DNA of 64,000 nucleotides from Fistulifera solaris. Its lineage: Eukaryota. The notes beneath the pieces were generated by a model. The model made no database searches, was not told the DNA's origin, and saw only the letters and a program-made list of their open reading frames with translations. The translations under genes were made by a program, and so were the position numbers. Shown one piece after another: positions 1 through 12,824 of the stretch (position 1 is the first letter of the stretch; every line of letters starts with the position of its first letter). The stretch is taken from contig AP026137.1 in assembly GCA_030295235.1 (NCBI GenBank), forward strand, positions 992,001 to 1,056,000, in the 5' to 3' direction.

Positions 1-19
1 CCCTACCGCTCCACCGACG

Positions 20-406
20 ATGGATGATCTTTCTTACTACTATACACCTTCGCCAGCACACTCAACTACAGTAGCCTCGTTTGCCGAACCCTCTCGCGAA
101 TTGACGCCTTATCAAAGCGAACAGCGAATGACAGCTGTTCCAGCTCCTCCGGCTCTCAGTAATCAACAACAGAAACAAATCAATATGAAAGAGAAACGAA
201 AACGCATTCAAGCGGCTGCTGCAGTGACGGGAGCTGTCTCGGGATTTTTCGTGGCGGGGCCGTTGGGGAGTGTTGTGTTGGGTTGCACTTCGCATTTAGT
301 CACAAAACAAGTGTGCAAGAAGCGTGAAAGACGCATTTTGGATAAGAAGTATGATCAGGCGATCGCGCAGCCTCAAGAATTCTCCGATGATGCTGTCTTC
401 ACTTAA
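20..406 (+). CDS. Hypothetical protein with Gly/Ala-rich hydrophobic segment
   Basis: 128-aa ATG-initiated ORF with AAAAVTGAVSGFFVAGPLGSVVLG flanked by basic residues; no family recognised. Confidence 0.55.
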   Translation: MDDLSYYYTPSPAHSTTVASFAEPSRELTPYQSEQRMTAVPAPPALSNQQQKQINMKEKRKRIQAAAAVTGAVSGFFVAGPLGSVVLGCTSHLVTKQVCKKRERRILDKKYDQAIAQPQEFSDDAVFT

Positions 407-732
407 CACGTAAAGCTTGAAAGGATTCAACCTACTTCGCAGCGAAGGAAATCATAACATAAGAATACACATAGACAAACAAGTCTCTTCGTTGTTTTTT
501 GTAAGAAGTGATAGGTGATAACAGGATGTCAAAACAGGCGACAATAGCTAAGATTCCACACGTTCTATAGGTATGTGATTCAAAATATAGTTCAGATTTA
601 AGGAATAAAAGTTATATTATCATCGATTGCGATTACACATTCCCATTCATCTTCTAAATTCGACTTTCAAACACAATCAAGAAGACATAATAGCATCCAA
701 ACATTTATTGATTCATAAGGAGTTATTGTCGG

Positions 733-2080
733 TTATTCTCGCCACGATTCGTCTGTATTGAGATATTGATACTCTCGAGTTGTCGGATTCCAAACCATTC
801 CATCTCTTGCTTCCGTCTCCTTGGCAAGAGCGGCTTGACGGAACTTCTCCTGTTCCTCCTCTTCTTTTCGCTGTCGCTCCAAAGCCTGTTGCTGGGCGCG
901 GATACGCTGTTCTTCTGCTACACGTTCATCGCGTGCCTTTTGTGCCAAAGCATGAATTCCTTGGAACGACGCAATCTTTTGTTCCAACATTTCCGAAAAC
1001 ACAATATCATCTTCATCCTGTTTCAACGCTTTCTCCAACCATGGCAGATACCGTTTCGCTTCTTGTTCCAACACGTGACGTTCTTGAGCAATCGCGTGTA
1101 ACTTTTGGCGTTGCAGTGTCATCTGCTTTTCATCCATACGATTCTGCTGATACGCTTGTTGCAATTCATCTCCGACCAAGTTCGCCAAGTCGTCTGCGGG
1201 CATATTCTGCAATCGCTCATCAATCTTGGCGAGCACCAATTGAGCTCCTTCGTACTGCTGTTGCAGATCGGACAAACGCGTCCACAATTCCAGTAGATTG
1301 CTCGCCGACAAGATGACGCTCCGGCGTTTCCGTGTACCCGAATTCGAATTCTGGGATCCCAAACTACTGCGACGACGTTTGCTAGTATTCGAAGGATCCG
1401 TAGCCTTGTTTTGCAACATTTCATCCAGCGCCGACCCCAGATTGATTTCCACTTCCAGTTTTTTGCGAGCCGGCGGTGGTGGCAAAGATATCTTCGTCAT
1501 CTTCGTCGTCATTGTCTTCCATAATGTTGCGAATATCGTCATCGTCATTAGTACTGCGTGTCGAGGAAGGAGCTTCTGTGGTAGTCGCTGTCGGATCGGG
1601 TGAAGGTCCCGGTGAAAAGACGCTGCCGAAGGAGACAAGGAAGGCAAGGACTGTCGCGGCGTAGTAGCTGGCGCTCGACCGTGACGATACGGTTCTAAAC
1701 CCTGCAAGACATCCCCGATAAAGCGCGTACTATAGACTTGTCGATCTCCCCAAATCTTGATGGTTCGACGGACTTTCTCGACCAAGGTCGGATCTCGCGA
1801 ACAAATGTGAACCAAGGATTGCGAAAGCACCGGACTCATCGCCTCCAAGAACTTGTTACCGCGATTGCGTTTCGAATTTTGTAAGACTTCATTTGCGACA
1901 TAAAGCAAGGGCAAAAGTTGATTATCGACACAAGTCTGCAAGGCATTTCTCCATTCATTGACTGCCACACTAGCACCGCGATCGTAAAACTTCATCATGG
2001 CTCCGGCGGCATTTTTGAATGGAAGGGGCCGAGCCGTCGACATTGCCGAGAATGGAACGCAATGAAGTCGCGTTCGACAT
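733..2080 (-). CDS. CTD-interacting domain (CID) protein, RPRD1/Rtt103-like
   Basis: LLPLLYVANEVLQNSKR and KVRRTIKIWGDRQVY match the CID fold. Likely start MSNATSLRSILGNVDGSAPSIQ at 2080, joined by a homopolymer frameshift near 2015. A further compensating frameshift lies in the acidic linker (~1460-1620). C-terminal coiled coil. Confidence 0.8.
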
Positions 2081-2590
2081 TGTAGTGGTGCGAACGATTG
2101 TATAAGATGTAGAAATAAATTAATATACAAACGATTAGGATTGCGAATTGCGACTGAATACAAAGCAGTGAAGAATGAAATTGATACTACAGTGCGTTTG
2201 TAGTAATGTCTACAAATTGTGAACACCGACAACCTTCTCAGAACTGTCTTTCAATTAAAATAGTGTGAAGAAAAGAAGATGAATGTTTTTGCGCTTCACG
2301 TCGTGACTGTTGCATGAAATGCATGGTTACAACATGTGCTAGTCTATGTGCTGCATGCATGCTGGAGGCGGGAGAGAGGATGATTTGCGGCGGAAATTTT
2401 GCTGCGGGCGTGATGCGTGACTAAATCGAGTCGAGAATTCCAGGCTTCGCAAGACTACTTTGTCGCAGGTCGCAGACACCGGCCAAAAAAAGTCGCAGCG
2501 TACCTGTATACGGCGGCAGAACGATTCCTGAAGGTCTGGACGGTGTTTGGGTTTAACCTTTGCCATTTAGAGAAATAGAAGACATGCAGT

Positions 2591-3780
2591 ATTTTCTTCT
2601 TGTTCCAGAAAATTTTGGAATGTCTCGTTAACATTTGGGAATCACAGAAATTGTGGTGGTCCAGATATTCCGGATCAGGTGTATTGGCTCGAACAGAAGT
2701 TCTGCGAGACTTCCAGATATTTTGGATTATGTGATTGGGATGGCACAAAGATTCTGTGCACGATTCAAATAGTTCGCGATCGGGAATTTCCGTCCGACAA
2801 TGATTTTGTGCTTTTTCCAGAAATTCTGGAATCGGGTGTTTTGGGTCGTGCAGACATTCTGTGAGATTTCCAGATATTTTGGATAAGGTGCTTTGCTTCG
2901 CACACACCGTTTGTGCACGATCCGTAAATATTCCGTACCCGCGGTTTGGGTTTTAGATAACGTTTTTCCTAATTCCAGAAATTCTGGAATCGGTATTTCG
3001 GTCACACAGAAATTCTGCGATGGGTCTGGTCCAGATATTCTGGACCAGGGTGTATTGGCTCGAACAGAAGTTTTGCGAGACTTCCGGATGATTTGGATTA
3101 GGTGATTGGGATGGCACAGAGATTCTGGGCACGTTTCAAATCGTTCGGGATCGGGAATTTCCGTCCGACAATGATTTTGTGCTTTTTCCAGAAATTCTGG
3201 AATCGGGTGTTTTGGGTCGTGCAGACATTCTGTGAGATTTCCAGATATTTTGGATAAGGTGCTTTGCTTCGCACACACCGTTTGTGCACGATCCGTAAAT
3301 ATTCCGTACCCGCGGTTTGGGTTTTAGATAACGTTTTCCTAATTCCAGAAATTCTGGAATCGGTATTTCGGTCACACAGAAATTCTGCGATGGGTCTGGT
3401 CCAGATATTCTGGACCAGGGTGTATTGGCTCGAACAGAAGTTTTGCGAGACTTCCGGATGATTTGGATTAGGTGATTGGGATGGCACAGAGATTCTGGGC
3501 ACGTTTCAAATCGTTCGGGATCGGGAATTTCCGTCCGACAATGATTTTGTGCTTTTTCCAGAAATTCTGGAATCGGGTGTTTTGGGTCGTGCAGACATTC
3601 TGTGAGATTTCCAGATATTTTGGATAAGGTGCTTTGCGTCGCACACACCGTTTGTGCACGGTCCGTAAATCCGTACCCGCGGTTTGGGTTTTAGCTAACG
3701 TTTTTTCTTGTTCCAGAAATTCTGGAATGGGTATTTCAGGCATACAGAAATGCTGCGATCATTCCAGTATTTCCCGAAAT
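2591..3780. repeat. Tandem satellite, ~370-bp unit, ~3.2 copies, built from palindromic YCAGAWATTYTGGA sub-repeats
   Basis: GTATTGGCTCGAACAGAAG recurs at 2681, 3052 and 3422. Units start near 2591, 2961, 3332 and 3700. Confidence 0.95.
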
Positions 3781-4021
3781 CAACATCGTCGACGTTACAC
3801 TTTCGTAAAAAAAATTACATGCGAATGGCGATGCGGAGCAACGTTGATTTTTTTGAAGGTTCTATAATTCATTGCTTTACTACAACTACGTAGAATTCTT
3901 GTCTTTTATATAAGTGTGAAATCATTTCGCGTTGGAGGAGAAGACAATTTTTAGACGAATTTGGCCCATCATTTACTTCGTTGTGTCGTCCCTTAACTGA
4001 CAATGCCTTTTTCGGGACGCA

Positions 4022-4675
4022 ATGCAGTCAGAGTCAACGACCATGGGCAATGAAATTCAGGATGCAACACAGGAATGGATGCCTACGCCTTTAACCTTCA
4101 AAACACGTTACATTGGCCCTTCCGAAGACAATCTGACCGACGAACAAAAGCGGATTCGTCAGAATATTCTAGAAACTCGTCCCCGCACCGGACTTTCCGG
4201 ACCCTTCGGACCTTGGTTAGCGGTTCCAAGCATCGCACAACCGGCGCAGCAACTAGGACAAGCGTGTCGGTATCATACCAGTCTCTCGATGCGAGAATCC
4301 GAGCTCATCATTTTATTGACGGCGGCCAAGACGCGGTCGCACGCAGAATTTGATATTCATGTTGGTGAAGCCGTGAAAGCAGGACTCTCTTTGTCGATCA
4401 TACGTGCCATTCCCAGGGATGATGACTTTTCCGCCGCGCAGGTTCGAGAATGGATATTACCACTGTTAAACGACAATAGAAGAGAACAGGCGATGGTTGT
4501 ATTTGCAGCTGAACTGCTAGATTCGTATTCCGTTTCGGATGAAACGTACGAGCTCACGAAACGAGCCGTCGATAACAAGGACTCCGTGTTGGTGGAGATT
4601 ACTAGTATTGTGGGATACTATACTTTTGTGGCGTACACATTGAATGTGTTTCGAATCCCATCTTCGTCTTCATGA
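4022..4675 (+). CDS. Carboxymuconolactone decarboxylase (CMD/AhpD-like) family protein
   Basis: GPFGPWL..P, RY.TSLS.RESELIILLTA, EFDIHVGEAVKAGLS and LVEITSIVGYY..LNVF are typical CMD-family motifs; intronless. Confidence 0.8.
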   Translation: MQSESTTMGNEIQDATQEWMPTPLTFKTRYIGPSEDNLTDEQKRIRQNILETRPRTGLSGPFGPWLAVPSIAQPAQQLGQACRYHTSLSMRESELIILLTAAKTRSHAEFDIHVGEAVKAGLSLSIIRAIPRDDDFSAAQVREWILPLLNDNRREQAMVVFAAELLDSYSVSDETYELTKRAVDNKDSVLVEITSIVGYYTFVAYTLNVFRIPSSSS

Positions 4676-5051
4676 AAATCATCGCTGCGAGGTGAGGCGA
4701 CAACATGAAGAAGTAGATTTGCAAAGATGTGAATACGACCATTGAGACGAGATGCGATTTCACTTCCTCTGGCGGATAAGGGACTCGCTAGTGTTTTGAA
4801 TGATCTCTAGGCTTGTAAAGGCACTGGGCTACAAGTAAGCTAAGATTATTTTCTGATCAGCTTTTATCAGATTGAGGTCTTTTGCATTCAATTACTGTCC
4901 CCGAGAATTGATGGAGGCTCGATTTAGCCTGAAGACCCTTACACCTAGCAGCACGTCTGTATCCCGAGTTCCGAGTGCGGCTCGAATAATCGCGAAAGAG
5001 ATGGCCATAGCAGCTTGTCTGTCCTTCGCTCTATGATCGCGGAAAAATAAA

Positions 5052-5130
5052 GAAACGACGTTAAAATTCTGCCTCGCCGTGGGCTCTACGTAGAATTTTG
5101 TACTGAGAGGCAGAATTTTAACGTCCTTTC
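5052..5130. mobile_element. ~79-bp hairpin/mini-MITE-like element, copy 1
   Basis: Perfect 19-bp inverted repeat GACGTTAAAATTCTGCCTC (5057-5075) / GAGGCAGAATTTTAACGTC (5107-5125); near-identical copy at 46797-46875. Confidence 0.75.
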
Positions 5131-5332
5131 AAGGCCACGAAAATATAATAAAAAAGACACTGCCGCGACGACGCGATCGGCGACGAGATGATGTTGAGAA
5201 TCGAATAAAAATGCAAGTGTTCTAATATCGATGAACAAAAACAAATCGTTCTCATAGTTTCTTGTTACACATTGAGTTTCAATATGAATTACCGATAGCG
5301 GCGTCGGATCTCTGTGTAAACGAAATTTCATA

Positions 5333-6451
5333 ATGCATTACAGCAGTTGTTTCAAACGGCACCTTCGCTTCTCGCTCCTTCAACGCCGACTCGTTATTTC
5401 TCGACAATTCAATTCATCGACGACGACAACCACTACTTCTTCTAGTAATAGTCGTGTCGTGGATGTCTCGGGATTGGCGCAACGCATGCGCGACAGCGTT
5501 CGCCGTTACACCCTGCAACAAGAGGTTCGAATGGTGGCTGTTCTGGCTCAATCCGATTCCTTGTTGCGCGAGGACGCCGAAGTGTATTCTCATAACATTG
5601 CCGAAGCCTTTGCGGAAGATGGCTTACATTATGAAGTGTGTTCCTGTTCGGGAGATGAACCGGCGGCGGTAGAAGAAGCGATACGGTATTTGAACCAACG
5701 ATCCGATGTGCACGGTATACTGGTCTTTTACCCCATTTTCAAAACACGGAACTTAGATGACAAAGGTCTCTATCTCAATCAACGGACGGGTGTTCACTAC
5801 AAAACGTATGACGACTACTTGAGAGATGTAGTGAGTCCACAAAAAGACGTCGAGGCACTCAGTCAGGTTCATACAAGAGGTGCGCAACATTTGTTTCGTG
5901 CCCGCGGGATGGATCATGCTGGCGAAGATCCCTATGTACCTTGTACCGCGCTGGCAGTGAGCAAGATTATGGAAGAATACTACAAGCCACTACACAATAG
6001 CAACAATTCGAAATCGTCGCGAAAATGGTTGGGGCATACTGTAACGGTCGTCAATCGATCGGAAATTTTGGGGAGACCACTGGCGGGTCTTTTGTCTCTT
6101 CAAGGCGCTACTGTATATTCTGTTGATGAAGATTCCATATTAGTGTTCGAAGAGGACGGTCGACTACGCCGATGCAATAACATGGAGCTGAAAGACTGTA
6201 TAGGACAATCATCGGTGATCGTGTCGGGAGTACCCACCAGTGACTTTTCCTTGCCCATGGACGAGATACAACCAGGCACAATGGTTATTGATGTGTCGGA
6301 AGGATCATGTAACGTAGAGGAAGACGTGTTGTTGCAAAAGCCTAGTGTGCAACTGGTTTCGAATGTTGGGAAAGTGACAGTGGCCGCATTGGAACAGAAT
6401 TTAATTCGATTGCATCAGCAACAAAGGAATTTAAATTTAATTTTAGAGTAA
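5333..6451 (+). CDS. NAD-dependent methylenetetrahydrofolate dehydrogenase (FolD/MTD1-like)
   Basis: VHGILVFYPIF, DDYLRDVVSPQKDVE, PCTALAV and VVNRSEILGRPLAGLL..GATVYSVD resemble yeast Mtd1p. Arg/Ser-rich N-terminus suggests a mitochondrial presequence. Confidence 0.85.
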   Translation: MHYSSCFKRHLRFSLLQRRLVISRQFNSSTTTTTTSSSNSRVVDVSGLAQRMRDSVRRYTLQQEVRMVAVLAQSDSLLREDAEVYSHNIAEAFAEDGLHYEVCSCSGDEPAAVEEAIRYLNQRSDVHGILVFYPIFKTRNLDDKGLYLNQRTGVHYKTYDDYLRDVVSPQKDVEALSQVHTRGAQHLFRARGMDHAGEDPYVPCTALAVSKIMEEYYKPLHNSNNSKSSRKWLGHTVTVVNRSEILGRPLAGLLSLQGATVYSVDEDSILVFEEDGRLRRCNNMELKDCIGQSSVIVSGVPTSDFSLPMDEIQPGTMVIDVSEGSCNVEEDVLLQKPSVQLVSNVGKVTVAALEQNLIRLHQQQRNLNLILE

Positions 6452-6639
6452 GCGTAGTAAAACAAAACCTAAATTGTTATGTACCAAGTAATTTAGGCAG
6501 ATTTGCATTTTTAAGATGGCTCAAGAACAGAAAAAAATAAATATTTGGTAAACGACGATCTTCGGCATTCATCGAAATTCAAAAAGTGAAACATGAATGT
6601 GTCAAGTGACTATGATGCAAAGTGTTGTCACGCACGTGG

Positions 6640-7600
6640 ATGATATTCGTGCAACCAACTGTTTGGATCATAGTAACAACATGAACGTCAGGACTCGAAG
6701 ACATTGCCGGCTGAAACCGCAACTGCGCGAAATTCCAAGGTGAAATCATAATTCGCCTTGGATGTGTTATTGTAATGAGACTGGGTCTAGACAAATAATT
6801 TGTGCTGCAGGCTGCATGTACAACAGGATCGATGCAGTCTCATGAAAGAACTGCAGTCGTGAATTGGTACAACCAACTGTTTGGATCATAGTAAAAACAT
6901 GAACGTCAGGACTCGAAGACATTGCCGGCTGAAATCGCAACTGCGCGAAATTCCAAGGTGAAATCATAATTCGCCTTGGATGTGTTATTGTAATGAGACT
7001 GGGTCTAGACAAATAATTTGCGCTGCAGGCTGCATGTGCAAAAGGATTGATGCAGTCTCATGAAAGAAATGCAGTCGTGAATCGGTACAACCAACTGTTT
7101 GGATCATAGTAAAAACATGAAGGTCATGAATCCAAGACATTGCCGGCTGAAACCGCAACTGCGCGAAATTCCAAGGTGAAATCATAATTCGCCTTGGATG
7201 TGTTATTGTAATGAGACTGGGTCTAGACAAATAATTTGCGCTGCAGGCTGCATGTGCAAAAGGATTGATGCAGTCTCATGAAAGAAATGCAGTCGTGAAT
7301 TGGTACAACCAACCGTTTGGATCATAGTAAAAACCTGAAGGTCATGAATCCAAGACATTGCCGGCTGAAATCGCAACTGCGCGAATTTCCAAGGTGAGAT
7401 CGTAATTAGCTTTGGATCTACTATGGTAATGAGACTATAATCAAGCGCGAAACAGACAAAAAAGTTGCGCTGCAGGCTGCTTGATGTACAGAAGGATTGA
7501 TCCACTCTCATGACAGAAATCTAGTCGTGGATTGGTACAACCAACTGTTTGGATGATAGTAAAAATGTGAAAGTCAGGACTCTTCGAAGACATTGCAACC
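6640..7600. repeat. Tandem satellite, 218-bp unit, ~4.3 copies
   Basis: AACCAAC-N10-ATAGTAA at 6653, 6871, 7089, 7307 and 7539 (periods 218, 218, 218, 232). Confidence 0.95.
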
Positions 7601-7707
7601 GCCGAAAAGATTTTATTCTCTTCTATCTAACAGCAAGCAGATCATTACCAGGTATATAACATAATATTCTTTGCATTTGAGCTCTTCCATCTCGTAACCA
7701 AAGAACT

Positions 7708-9455
7708 ATGTTTCGAGTCGGCCAGGTCGCACCCGGATTGAACGGGGCCGTCTTCAGTTCTTCGAAGTTTCGCATTGAAGGATGTAATGATTTTGAGCAG
7801 TGCGCGCGTCACTTTACAACGTTTGATGATGACATTGACGGCGTGGAGAAGACTCACTATGATTTCATGAAAGGAAGAACGTTCCGTATCAAATTTGTGA
7901 AGGATGGTATTTGGTTAAATGGAAAAGTGCGACATTGGGGTGAATTTACTGGTGCAATGTAAGATCTACGATGCGAACTTTTTGCTGGATGAATAGCACA
8001 AGAGCTGTTTTCTTACGCGTTCCCTATTGTTTCTAGGGGATTCACTGACATTGATCTTCAATGGGTTCTTGTGGCGGATTTCGAGGCTCCTTCTGAAGTT
8101 GCTCCTGGTACTATTGTTAGTGGGCTCGAAAAATTCATGGAGCTCGAGAATGTTGAAGAGTTAGACAATACAGACAAATACAAACTTGGGCTCTGCATAG
8201 TTCGAGAAGTAAACGCCGACGATGGAAAGTGCATCGCCGCGCCATTCTGCAGCAAGAAACTTGTGAGAGCAAGTTTGGACGACGTTGAGCCATTTGCTGC
8301 TACAAGAATAAATTTGTTCATTCACCGGATGAATGTTCAAGGAGGAGGAACTGTCTCGGCCCCTGCATCGAATGTCTTACTCCCGATTGAACTTTGTTCA
8401 TTCGAGTGGACTGCTCCGTTCTTGGATGAGTCGTATCATTTACCATCACCAGATACATTTCCCTTGGTAACCTTGTCGGCGACGGAACACGAACAGCTTC
8501 TGCAGCGTAAGGCGGACTTGCTCAAGACACTTCGGCAACAAATGCAACCAGGACAAACGCCTCAACAGAAAATGGACACGGTTATGAAAGTCTATGTACC
8601 TGGCTTCGAAGCCAATGTTGGTAATGCTGAAGGGATTTAAAAGGAGCTTTTGTGCCTCCCTTTTGTCTTGTATGGCGTGTTCTTAAGGGCACTCATCAAA
8701 GCCAAATTTATACCCGGCAAGGATCTTGCCTCGGCAAAGACGATCGTGGCAATGGCACTCCGACAAGTGGAGGAAGATAGAGCGCAGGTGGATGATTATG
8801 CCTTTGTAACGGAAGCTGTTGCGCAGTATTTCAAATTTCCTCAATCGGCTTCTCCCACGGAGTTAATTGAACATGCCTTTTATTCGAGTCTTTATGGTGT
8901 GTTATCGCCCATGGGAGAATGGTTTGAATTGGAGCATTATGATTATCGCGCGGCGATCTGGTGTTACAATAAGGCGCAAGAATGCGCTCATCGTGCACCC
9001 TTTCCTATAGGTGGCCCTGCTTCATTAGCAAATTTAATTTTCATCGATACGATGAACGCCGGCGTGGCTTCCCGGCGAATGGAAGACTTTTATCTGCAGC
9101 AAAGTACTACGAGAAGGTGTTTGCGCTTGAACCGCCAACACCCCAAAATCGTTCGGAACTTCTTATCAATGCGAAAAGCATGCAAGACAAGGCTGCCGAT
9201 TGGATTGGCACATCAGGCTATTTTACGCCCTGGGAAACAGGTCAAATAGTGACGATAGGGCCTGTAGGAGATTGCGCTGCTTGTGGGACAGCAAACGCCC
9301 GTAGTAAATGCGGAAGCTGTAGTCTTGTTCATTACTGCAACCGAGAGTGTCAGAAGGCGCACTGGAAGTCGACGCATCAATACACGTGTTTGTTCAAGAA
9401 GAAGTTCGACCATTTTAGTGCCGACAGGATCCGAGTTCCTCGTCCCGACACATAA
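7708..9455 (+). CDS. MYND zinc-finger protein (spliced, frameshifted)
   Basis: C-terminal CAACG..SKCGSCSLVHYCNRECQKAHWK..HQYTC is a zf-MYND. Upstream ORFs 7708-7962, 8071-8640 and 8650-9249 are collinear, with a GTAAG...CTAG intron at ~7959-8036 and TPR-like helices before the finger. Confidence 0.7.
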
Positions 9456-9731
9456 GTCAGCCTTGGTTGAATTGGCGAGGCTTTTTTATGCAAACGTTTC
9501 AGTTACTTGGTGTTAAACATTTGTTGTAGGGACATCCCAGCACAAAGAACCTCAGCGCCAGAACGTTGTTTAAGGCGTACTTGTTTCTTTGTCGTAAGGA
9601 TGCTAATAATATATTTTAAAGGCTCAGTCAGCCTTTTGTTAAACCCCTAAAAGTGAATTATTTATGAAAATTTGTACACGAAAGCTAAATTCAATCATGT
9701 TGGATAATTAATCAAGACCACCTTTGGCCGA

Positions 9732-12409
9732 CTATTCTAGTCTCGAAGATACGGAAAGTGGACTTGACATACCGCACTGCGAAGCAGAGCATCGAAAGGA
9801 TAAATTTTCACTGCCATGACCAGGTCTTGCGTAATCTTTAGCTTTGCTTGGCGAAAACAACTCTCGACCTTGATGAATCACTTCATCGGTTCCGCCAGAG
9901 AATCTTGAAAGAGACGCCTTAAGCGCCTTTTCATACAAATTTAACAGATCCGTCCTTTCGTCAATCGCTCTAGAAAGAAGAGCTTTCCTGTTATTTAATA
10001 TCGACTGTTCAGACTTAAGTTGTTCGAGGGCAGCAACTATGTCATCGCTGTTTCGCTGGTGCAGCGCATACAAAATGTTTTCTTTCCATTGAGGACAGCG
10101 TCGGTCCAGCGTTGAAGATCTTCTGGTGTCTTTCTTCGTGCTCTCTATCAATGACTGAGCAATGTTTTGACCTCGCTGACTCAGCATCGACAATTCAACG
10201 GCATCACCGTGATTCACGCAACTATGTTCGTCTTGGGCATCATTTGACCCGTCAATCATTTCAAATAGATCATCCAATTTGGAACAGTCGTCAATGTCTT
10301 CGGAATTGTCGATAAGATCGGTTAGACATTGACTGAACTTGCCGGTGAGCATCGATATCCACATGCTATTTTCTGCTTCTCCGTCCTTCGTTGGTGACCG
10401 CATATGTTCGCGTCCATTCACACACTCCACGCGGGAATAAGGAATGGCATCCCTTTCTCGGTAAGCCTCTTCCTCTGAAGCAAAGCTTTTGTCGACGCAC
10501 CATCCTTTTCGTCCTCTCCGTCGCTAGTGGGCAGGTCCTCATCCTTCAAGTCGACCTCGGTCTCATCAGCTATATCATCTAACGAGCTCTCAATTTCACG
10601 TCCCTTTGTGGTCTTAGTGACACCCCCAAGCAGCTGCGTCAGAGTGGATTGAGCGACAACAGGAGCGCGTGCAAAAACAGTGACTTGCGCCTTTCTGCTT
10701 CTTTCCGGTCCTACCGGATCTCGTGGCTTTATCGAGTCCATCACTTCCCCGAGCTCGCCAGCATCTGGAAGAAACCTTGGACGGTTAGCACATTCCTTAC
10801 TATTAACACGAGAAGCTTCTCTCTTCTTCCATATGTCACGTCGATGTTTCTTCAGCAGTCTTCGAACGGAGTCTGTCTGTTCCTCACAATAATCGGCAAT
10901 CTTTTCCAGTTTCTGAAGTCTCTTGATCAAATTCCTTTCCACTGCCGCGTCAGAATGCTTTTCGCTGAGAGAAGCTTTAGATTGATCAATGGATAGCGAG
11001 CACGGACAGTTCACGCAAAGCTGGCACGGTGTTTTTCGTTTCCTTGAATTCTTTTCGGGCGGGGATTGGATAGCGGCTCTCGAAAAATCAGCGTCCTTCT
11101 CCGCAGCCTCCGTCTTTGCCGTTTTGCGCGCTTTTCGTGCTCTCGCTGGCGCCATCTTATCTTCCGAAGATGATGAAGCCGTTTCACTAACGACAGAAGT
11201 CGCAACATTGCAATCCCGGTCCCGGTTCGTCTTATCCGGTAATGTCGGTACATCACAAGGGAGATCTCTCAGTCCTCTCTCGTTCAAAGTACTCTCGCAG
11301 CAAAGAGCTGACAATAGTTTACGATCGTCTGTCGGGTCAACCATCTCATTAGAAGCTGTGTTGTCTATGGGAGCTGCACTATCTGTGAGCGCAGCATCGT
11401 TTATCACCGTTACAACTGAATCAATCTTATCAGCCAACGGCGGCATCAGCGACGAGTTCTCGATCGAATCTCGATTCGCCATAGCCACGACAGTAGGACT
11501 GGTCTCTTTATTGAGTAAAGAAGTCAAACGACGGGTAATCTTCGTGCGACATAGCTGTGAGAATGGTATTGGGAACTTTTTTTGTACTTGAGCAATGAAT
11601 TGTTTTTTGGTGGACGATTCTATATCTGTGGCGAGAAAAACAGTGTCAATGGCGGCGTGCAAGGCTTCTTCTGTCGGTTCAAGCTGTTGTAAAACAAATT
11701 GTCTCAGTTTCGCCAGCTTGACTCGTTTCCAAGCATCCCCTGTCTGAACTTGGAGGTCTTGTTGCACCTGCTTGAAATCAAAGGTTATCGGATCCAGGTT
11801 GCGTGCAATTCCAACGGCCAACTGCATAATATCATTCTCTAAAAGGTCGTGGTTGACTCCACTGTCGCGGTCAAAAGTATTCTCCTTCGTTTGACAGGCA
11901 GAATCGACGTTAGAAGCCGAAACTGATATCGATTTGGCTGATTCCCCTTCCTTCGTTTCTGTTGTGTTCGATGGTGATTCGCTCGCTGTCGTCTTAATAG
12001 CGGGAGTAGCCACCGATAAATCATTCGCAGCGACATTTTTCTGATTTTCCTTACTAAAACTTTCCTTTGGTTGCTCAATTTTCCGCGTATCTGCGGCAAA
12101 AATCGGTTTTGTGTCGAGTATATCGGAATCATCGAAAACATCGTCGTCGGCACTACTAAAAGAAGGAATCGGAACGGAGGATCGCTTTCGTTTCTTCGAC
12201 TTCTTTTTGAGCAGTGGACTTTCGTCCGATTCACTATCAAAGATTCGTTTCAAGTTCTCACGTTCCGCTTGAAAGGATGGTATAGGAATCGACGGTCGTT
12301 TCAAATTGTGTTTCGTTTCGTTCTCATCCACGACACTGAGTTCCTTCTTTTTCGGTGGTCGCCGTGAAAGGCTCAACGATGGGAGAATATCGACAGCATT
12401 CGACTTCAT
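9732..12409 (-). CDS. Large basic/acidic nuclear hypothetical protein (two ORFs probably joined by a frameshift near 10430)
   Basis: 663-aa and 232-aa ORFs overlap at 10418-10430. NLS-like KKKSKKRKR, a PCQLCVNCPC motif, coiled coils and possible DEK-C-like helical segments. Confidence 0.55.
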
Positions 12410-12824
12410 TCCTTAACACGCAATTGAATGCTTCCTTAGTCTTCTTCATCAAATACAATGGTAGGAACTTCGTTCCTGTATTGAAGGCGTCGTTTCTTGC
12501 ACACGCAAGCCAAACTCACATCTGTCTAGACACTACACTATCATGTAGAGTCGAAACTGAACGGAATTTTGATGTAGAATAAAGTTATATATGAAACAAG
12601 AACTTTGAGCAAATATACCGTTGCGGTACTGGTTGTTAGGGACTTGACGCTGTTCACGTTTTTCCCACCAACATCGCGCAAAACAAAACCACCGCATTTC
12701 ACAACAGGTCACCGTCATTTTGCGTTCATTGAAGGAATCTTCACTATCGGAGCTTACCTGGTATATTTGCAACTCCTTTGCCTTGTGATCATCAACAGAG
12801 AGCGAAAGACGTCAGCCTTGTTTT

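Noticed and set aside
2339..3893. Repetitive ORFs in the 370-bp satellite (and in the 218- and 240-bp satellites)
   Set aside because: Open in several frames and on both strands, broken at different points in each unit, and with no protein-like features.
6640..7600. Hammerhead ribozyme/retrozyme in the satellites
   Set aside because: I could not find a CUGANGA...GAAA core in a suitable arrangement on either strand by eye.
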